Positions 16,440 to 19,936 of a stretch of 19,936 nucleotides of DNA are shown here, piece by piece. This DNA comes from a bacterium (GTDB lineage Bacteria; Zhuqueibacterota; Zhuqueibacteria; Oceanimicrobiales; Oceanimicrobiaceae), in the NCBI GenBank assembly GCA_037446635.1, contig JBBIIG010000069.1:1-19936 (forward strand), given 5' to 3'. The position numbers were made by a program, and so were the translations under genes. Positions within the stretch are counted from its first letter, which is position 1, and the number at the start of each line of letters is the position of its first letter. The notes under the pieces were generated by a model, which saw only the letters and a list, made by a program, of their open reading frames with translations, was not told the DNA's origin and made no database searches.

Positions 16440-16595
16440 CACATTCGTGAGAGAGTAGTCATAAATTGAAACTGGAATGATCCAATCAGAAAAAAACAGA
16501 GGAAAAGCACGGCACCTTAATGACTTAAATTTGACTCTCAAACGTCATCACAAAAAGATTAACGAATGCACCCCCTTTGGAGGTGCATTTTTTGT
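16440..16595 (+). ncRNA. Candidate ~155-nt small RNA or attenuated leader
   Basis: Bounded by a promoter and a terminator. Long-range pairing GAGAGT(16451)/ACTCTC(16534) and AGTCAT(16457)/ATGACT(16520). No family recognised. Confidence 0.4.
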
Positions 16596-16597
16596 TT
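16565..16597 (+). terminator. Intrinsic terminator immediately before the zinc-ribbon gene
   Basis: AATGCACC-CCCTTTGGA-GGTGCATT followed by TTTTGTTT. Confidence 0.8.
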
Positions 16598-16619
16598 ATT
16601 ATAGTCGGAGGTTCAAAAA

Positions 16620-17345
16620 TTGAAAAGCAATTTACTCGTCCTAATCGAGCTACAAAAAATTGACAACGAGTTACAGACTTTGGAAGAGCTAAAGGGCGAC
16701 CTTCCGCAGCGGGTGCAAGAAATAAGAGAAGAAGTGGATAACCTCGCGCAGACCACCAGCGCGCGCCAACAGGAACTGGAAGAAACCCGCCGTCAGCGGT
16801 TTCATTGGGACGGTGAGTTGAAGGCTTTGCAGGACAAATTAAACAAATATCGCGAACAGTTGTACGCCGTTAAGTCTAACCGTGAATACGACGCCATAAC
16901 TTTGGAGATCGAAATCGTCGAGCAAAAAATTGATGAAACGGAAACCAGGATTCTTGAACTCATCGAGAAAGAAGAAAACGCCGCAGCGGCGATTAAGGAG
17001 CTTGAATTGCAGCTTGCCTCGGTGCGGGAAAATCTCGCGGCCAAAGAGCAGGAACTGCAGCAGAAAATCAGCAAAACCGAGGACGAGTTTAAGCAGTGGC
17101 AGATCAAACGCCAGGCCTTGCTGCCGCAAATTCGCAAACCGATTCTGGCCACGTACGAGCGCATTCGTAAAGTGCGCGGTCGAAAGACGGTTGTGGAATT
17201 AAGCAAATATGCCTGCGGAGGCTGTTATAGCGCAATTCCTCCCCAGAAGGCTTTGGAAATCCGCAATATGGATCAACTGATTCTGTGCGAGTCCTGCGGT
17301 CGAATCTTGGTTTATCTAAACGAAAACGAAGTAGTGGCCACTTAG
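16620..17345 (+). CDS. Coiled-coil protein with C-terminal C4-type zinc ribbon (COG1579/DUF164-like)
   Basis: LQKID N-terminus, long heptad pattern, CGGC...CESCGRIL. GGAGG RBS before TTG. Confidence 0.92.
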   Translation: MKSNLLVLIELQKIDNELQTLEELKGDLPQRVQEIREEVDNLAQTTSARQQELEETRRQRFHWDGELKALQDKLNKYREQLYAVKSNREYDAITLEIEIVEQKIDETETRILELIEKEENAAAAIKELELQLASVRENLAAKEQELQQKISKTEDEFKQWQIKRQALLPQIRKPILATYERIRKVRGRKTVVELSKYACGGCYSAIPPQKALEIRNMDQLILCESCGRILVYLNENEVVAT

Positions 17346-17373
17346 TCGGTGCTGGCAGTATTGACGCCATTTT

Positions 17374-17402
17374 GTAGGGAACGGTGAGCCGCCGTTCCCT
17401 AC
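17374..17402. repeat. GTAG-type REP palindrome
   Basis: GTAGGGAACGG-TGAGCCG-CCGTTCCCTAC, with the same GTAGGGAACG arm as the copy at 15601. Confidence 0.88.
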
Positions 17403-17414
17403 TTTTGTTATGAA

Positions 17415-17831
17415 TCCAAAGTAGCCCAGGCGGCCGCGTCCCGATCCCTCGGGATGAGGAAAGTCCGAACTCCACAGGGCAGGGCGCTTCGTAACGCGAA
17501 GGGGCGGCGACGCCCGGAAAGTGCCACAGAAACACACAGCCGATGACTCCGATTCGTCGGAAAACAGGCGAAGGTGAAATGGCGAGGTAAGAGCTCACCG
17601 TTCCGGCAGCGATGCCGGAAGCCAGGTAAACCCCGCCCGGAGCAAGACCAAATATGTCCCGCTTCGAGAGCGGCCCGCTCGAGTTCCCGATTCGTCGGGA
17701 TAGCGGGACGGGTAGGTCGCTTGAGCCCGCTGGCGACAGCGAGCCCAGATAAATGGTCGCCTCCCCCGACTGTTCGGGCTTGCCCGACGCAGGCGGGGAA
17801 GACAGAATTCGGCTTATCGGGCTACTTTGGA
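17415..17831 (+). ncRNA. rnpB: RNase P RNA, bacterial class A
   Basis: GAGGAAAGTCCGAACTC, GGAAAGTGCCACAGAAA, GGTGAAA, GGTAAGAGC, GGTAAACCCCGCCCGGAGCAAG and ACAGAATTCGGCTTA conserved blocks. P1 TCCAAAGTAGCCC/GGGCTACTTTGGA followed by a T run. Confidence 0.97.
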
Positions 17832-17841
17832 TTTTTTTAAT

Positions 17842-18101
17842 ATGGATCTTGAATTTAATCGTGAAAAAAGCGCGTCCAACAAAAATAAACACGGGATTGA
17901 TTTTTATGAAGCGCAGGAACTGTGGGATGATCCAAATCGAATCGTTATTCCTGCAAAGAATTTAGACGAACCGCGGTTTTTGTTGATAGCAAGAATCGGC
18001 GGCAAATATTGGTCGGCAATTTATACAATTCGCCAACGGAAATAAGGTTAATATCAGTTAGAAGGTCAAGAGAAGATGAAAAAGAAATTTGTAAAGGCTG
18101 A
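17842..18101 (+). pseudogene. brnT: BrnT family toxin, frameshifted
   Basis: EFNREKSASNKNKHGIDFYEAQELWDD...WSAIYTIR, then stop at 18043-18045. The conserved tail EIRLISVRRSREDEKEI continues in the -1 frame to TGA at 18099-18101. Confidence 0.85.
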
Positions 18102-18465
18102 AGAATTTGATAAAAAATTCGATGACGGTCAGGATGTTTCAGAGTTTTTAGATTTTTCCAAAACTGAAAGGCCTGCGGAGAAACAGAAGCGCGTTGAAGT
18201 AGATTTTCCGGACTGGATGATTCAATCACTTGATAAAGAAGCAAGGAGATTAGGGGTAAGCAGGCAATCGATCATTAAAGTTTGGATAGCCGAAAGATTA
18301 AAAGAAATATCGACAGCAGCACACAGCCCAGTTATATTGGCAAATTGCTTTCCGCCGAGAACAATATCAAACTTCTTTATGACAAAAAGGGCGATAACCA
18401 TCTTATCGTGTTGTGTCCGCGGCTCGAGGAGTGGATTCTTTTTGCAGCCAACGAAGCCAGTGTGA
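18076..18465 (+). CDS. BrnA/CopG-type antitoxin with aberrant C-terminal read-through
   Basis: KAEEFDKKFDDGQDV...KRVEVDFPDWMIQSLDKEARRLGVSRQSIIKVWIAERL (ribbon-helix-helix). The last ~50 aa are off-frame read-through of a downstream remnant. Confidence 0.8.
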   Translation: MKKKFVKAEEFDKKFDDGQDVSEFLDFSKTERPAEKQKRVEVDFPDWMIQSLDKEARRLGVSRQSIIKVWIAERLKEISTAAHSPVILANCFPPRTISNFFMTKRAITILSCCVRGSRSGFFLQPTKPV

Positions 18466-18610
18466 GCATAGATGATTTTGGATTGCCAAACCAAGCAAAA
18501 CGACTGCACAAATTATTAATACCAAAGTTGATAACTTTGTGAATTTGATAAAAGCACTGAAGGGCAAAAGCCAAATGCTGAAGGCTCTGGAAACTATGAT
18601 AAAAACTTAG
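18312..18610 (+). pseudogene. 5'-truncated, frameshifted remnant of a conserved hypothetical gene
   Basis: DSSTQPSY...NHLIVLCPRLEEWIL...FGLPNQAKRLHK, then -1 shift at ~18512 to IINTKVDNFVNLIKALKGKSQMLKALETMIKT*. No start or RBS of its own. Confidence 0.6.
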
Positions 18611-18622
18611 GGTATCTGACAA

Positions 18623-19765
18623 ATGCTCAAAAAAGCGAAACCAGTCCTCATTTCTATTTTTGCCTTTGTTCTACCTCTTTCCGGACTCAGTCAAACCCTC
18701 TCCATCGAAGACTACCAGCCGCGTTCCACCCTCGTCGTGCCCGAGCACATCGTCACCCGCGCCAAGTATCCGTTCATCGACGTGCACAGCCACCAGTGGC
18801 GGATGGATTCGCAAAATCTCGATTCGCTGATCGCGGAGATGGACCGTCTCAACCTGGCGACGCTGGTGAATCTCAGCGGCCGCGGGTTGACTGTAGTCTA
18901 TAATCCCGATAATCACACGCTTGCCGACGAAACGGAGTTTTTGAAAAAGTCGTTGGCGAATATCAGAAAATCCGGTTATTCAAATCGACTCATCGTTTTC
19001 ACCAACATTCGTTATGATGGTTTTGGTGAAGCCGGCTGGGCTGAGAAAACTATCCAACAATTGGAGCAGGATGTGAAATGGGGGGCGCGGGGTTTGAAAA
19101 TTTATAAGGATTTGGGATTCGACGTTAAAGATCAAAACGGCCAACGCGTGCCTGTGGACGATCCCCGCCTCGATCCAATTTGGGAAAAGTGCGGCGAGCT
19201 GGGCATCCCAGTGCTGATTCACTCCGGCGATCCGTTTCAATTCTGGTTGCCGAAGGACAAATTCAACGAACGCTGGTTGGAGCTGAAAGAACATCCCGAG
19301 CGTTACCGCGATCCGGCAATTTATCCGCCGTGGGAACAAATCATGAACGAGCAGCACAACGTGTTTCGCAAACATCCGCAGACGATTTTCATCAGCGCCC
19401 ACCTCGGCTGGATGGGCAACGATCTCGCCCGCCTCGGCAAGCTGTTGGACGAAATTCCCAACCTGTACACCGAGATTGGCGCGGTGCTGGCCGAGCTCGG
19501 TCGCCAACCACGCTTCGCCCGCGCGTGGTTTATCAAGTATCAGGATCGCGTTCTGTTTGGCAAGGATTTGTGGGCGCCGTCGGAGTACCACGTCTATTTT
19601 CGCGTGCTCGAAACCGCCGACGAGTATTTTGATTACTATCGCCGCCGCCACGCCTTCTGGAAAATGTACGGCCTCGATTTGCCGGATGAAGTTTTGAAGA
19701 AGCTCTACTACAAAAATGCGCTGCGGATTTTGCCGGGTATTGATGCGTCAATGTTTCCGGAATAA
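18623..19765 (+). CDS. Amidohydrolase superfamily (Amidohydro_2-like) metallohydrolase with signal peptide
   Basis: IDVHSH, GARGLK, PVLIHSGDP, ISAHLG, RVLFGKD and KLYYKNA motifs. N-terminal basic-hydrophobic leader. Confidence 0.9.
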   Translation: MLKKAKPVLISIFAFVLPLSGLSQTLSIEDYQPRSTLVVPEHIVTRAKYPFIDVHSHQWRMDSQNLDSLIAEMDRLNLATLVNLSGRGLTVVYNPDNHTLADETEFLKKSLANIRKSGYSNRLIVFTNIRYDGFGEAGWAEKTIQQLEQDVKWGARGLKIYKDLGFDVKDQNGQRVPVDDPRLDPIWEKCGELGIPVLIHSGDPFQFWLPKDKFNERWLELKEHPERYRDPAIYPPWEQIMNEQHNVFRKHPQTIFISAHLGWMGNDLARLGKLLDEIPNLYTEIGAVLAELGRQPRFARAWFIKYQDRVLFGKDLWAPSEYHVYFRVLETADEYFDYYRRRHAFWKMYGLDLPDEVLKKLYYKNALRILPGIDASMFPE

Positions 19766-19771
19766 TGTACG

Positions 19772-19855
19772 ACGTGAGACAGCAGAGGGCAGACGTGAAA
19801 CGTGAAATGTGAGATGTGAGACGTGAGATATGAAACGGCAACTGGCGGACGGTAA
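19772..19855. repeat. Degenerate heptamer tandem array (12 in-register units, consensus AYGTGAR)
   Basis: ACGTGAG ACAGCAG AGGGCAG ACGTGAA ACGTGAA ATGTGAG ATGTGAG ACGTGAG ATATGAA ACGGCAA CTGGCGG ACGGTAA. Confidence 0.85.
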
Positions 19856-19864
19856 ATTTGTTTT

Positions 19865-19903
19865 CATCGATCCATCGATCCCTCAATCCATTGATCCATC
19901 AAT
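19865..19903. repeat. Octamer tandem array (5 units)
   Basis: CATCGATC CATCGATC CCTCAATC CATTGATC CATCAAT. The reverse complement resembles the TGGATTAA units at 10277. Confidence 0.85.
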
Positions 19904-19910
19904 GCGGAAC

Positions 19911-19936
19911 ATGAGGAAACTCACACTTCTTTTCTT
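19911..19936 (+). CDS. Possible start of next gene (signal-peptide-like), runs off the window
   Basis: ATG AGG AAA CTC ACA CTT CTT TTC = MRKLTLLF. Only 8 codons are visible. Confidence 0.35.

Noticed and set aside
15588..16541. 317-aa minus-strand ORF across phoU
   Set aside because: In-register antisense shadow of phoU extending into spacer and REP sequence, with no family motif.
17361..17414. TTGACG and TATGAA as an rnpB promoter split by the REP
   Set aside because: Removing the REP leaves only about 13 nt between the boxes, which does not fit.
17104..17892. 262-aa minus-strand ORF and short plus-strand ORFs at 17574 and 17753
   Set aside because: Translation artefacts of the RNase P RNA gene.
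19772..19903. CRISPR array, also considered for 6282-6360 and 10255-10341
   Set aside because: The units are 7-9 nt tandem repeats or isolated palindromes, with no unique spacers of regular length and no cas genes.

Overview
Bacterial chromosomal window, probably from a diderm (it encodes a predicted outer-membrane barrel). All credible genes lie on the + strand. In order: the Gly-rich tail of a probable TPM-domain gene, a nucleotidyltransferase-fold gene, a small retropepsin-like aspartic protease, lemA, an SLC13/DASS transporter and gdhA with its terminator. Next comes a complete phosphate cluster: a Pho-box-preceded porin, phoB, phoR, Pho-box-preceded pstS, large pstC and pstA, pstB and phoU. 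After that are a promoter-to-terminator candidate RNA, a C4 zinc-ribbon coiled-coil gene, rnpB (RNase P RNA), a decaying AT-rich islet (frameshifted BrnT, BrnA-type antitoxin running into a truncated gene) and a secreted amidohydrolase. The most unusual signals are non-coding. Almost every spacer holds a different small palindromic or short tandem repeat element (GTAG-type REPs, a TGTC-type REP doublet, 7-, 8- and 9-mer arrays). One (T)CCCGA-N4-TCGGG(A) mini-hairpin occurs at four variable helices of the RNase P RNA and inside an intergenic REP. All calls come from reading the sequence by eye; no searches were run.
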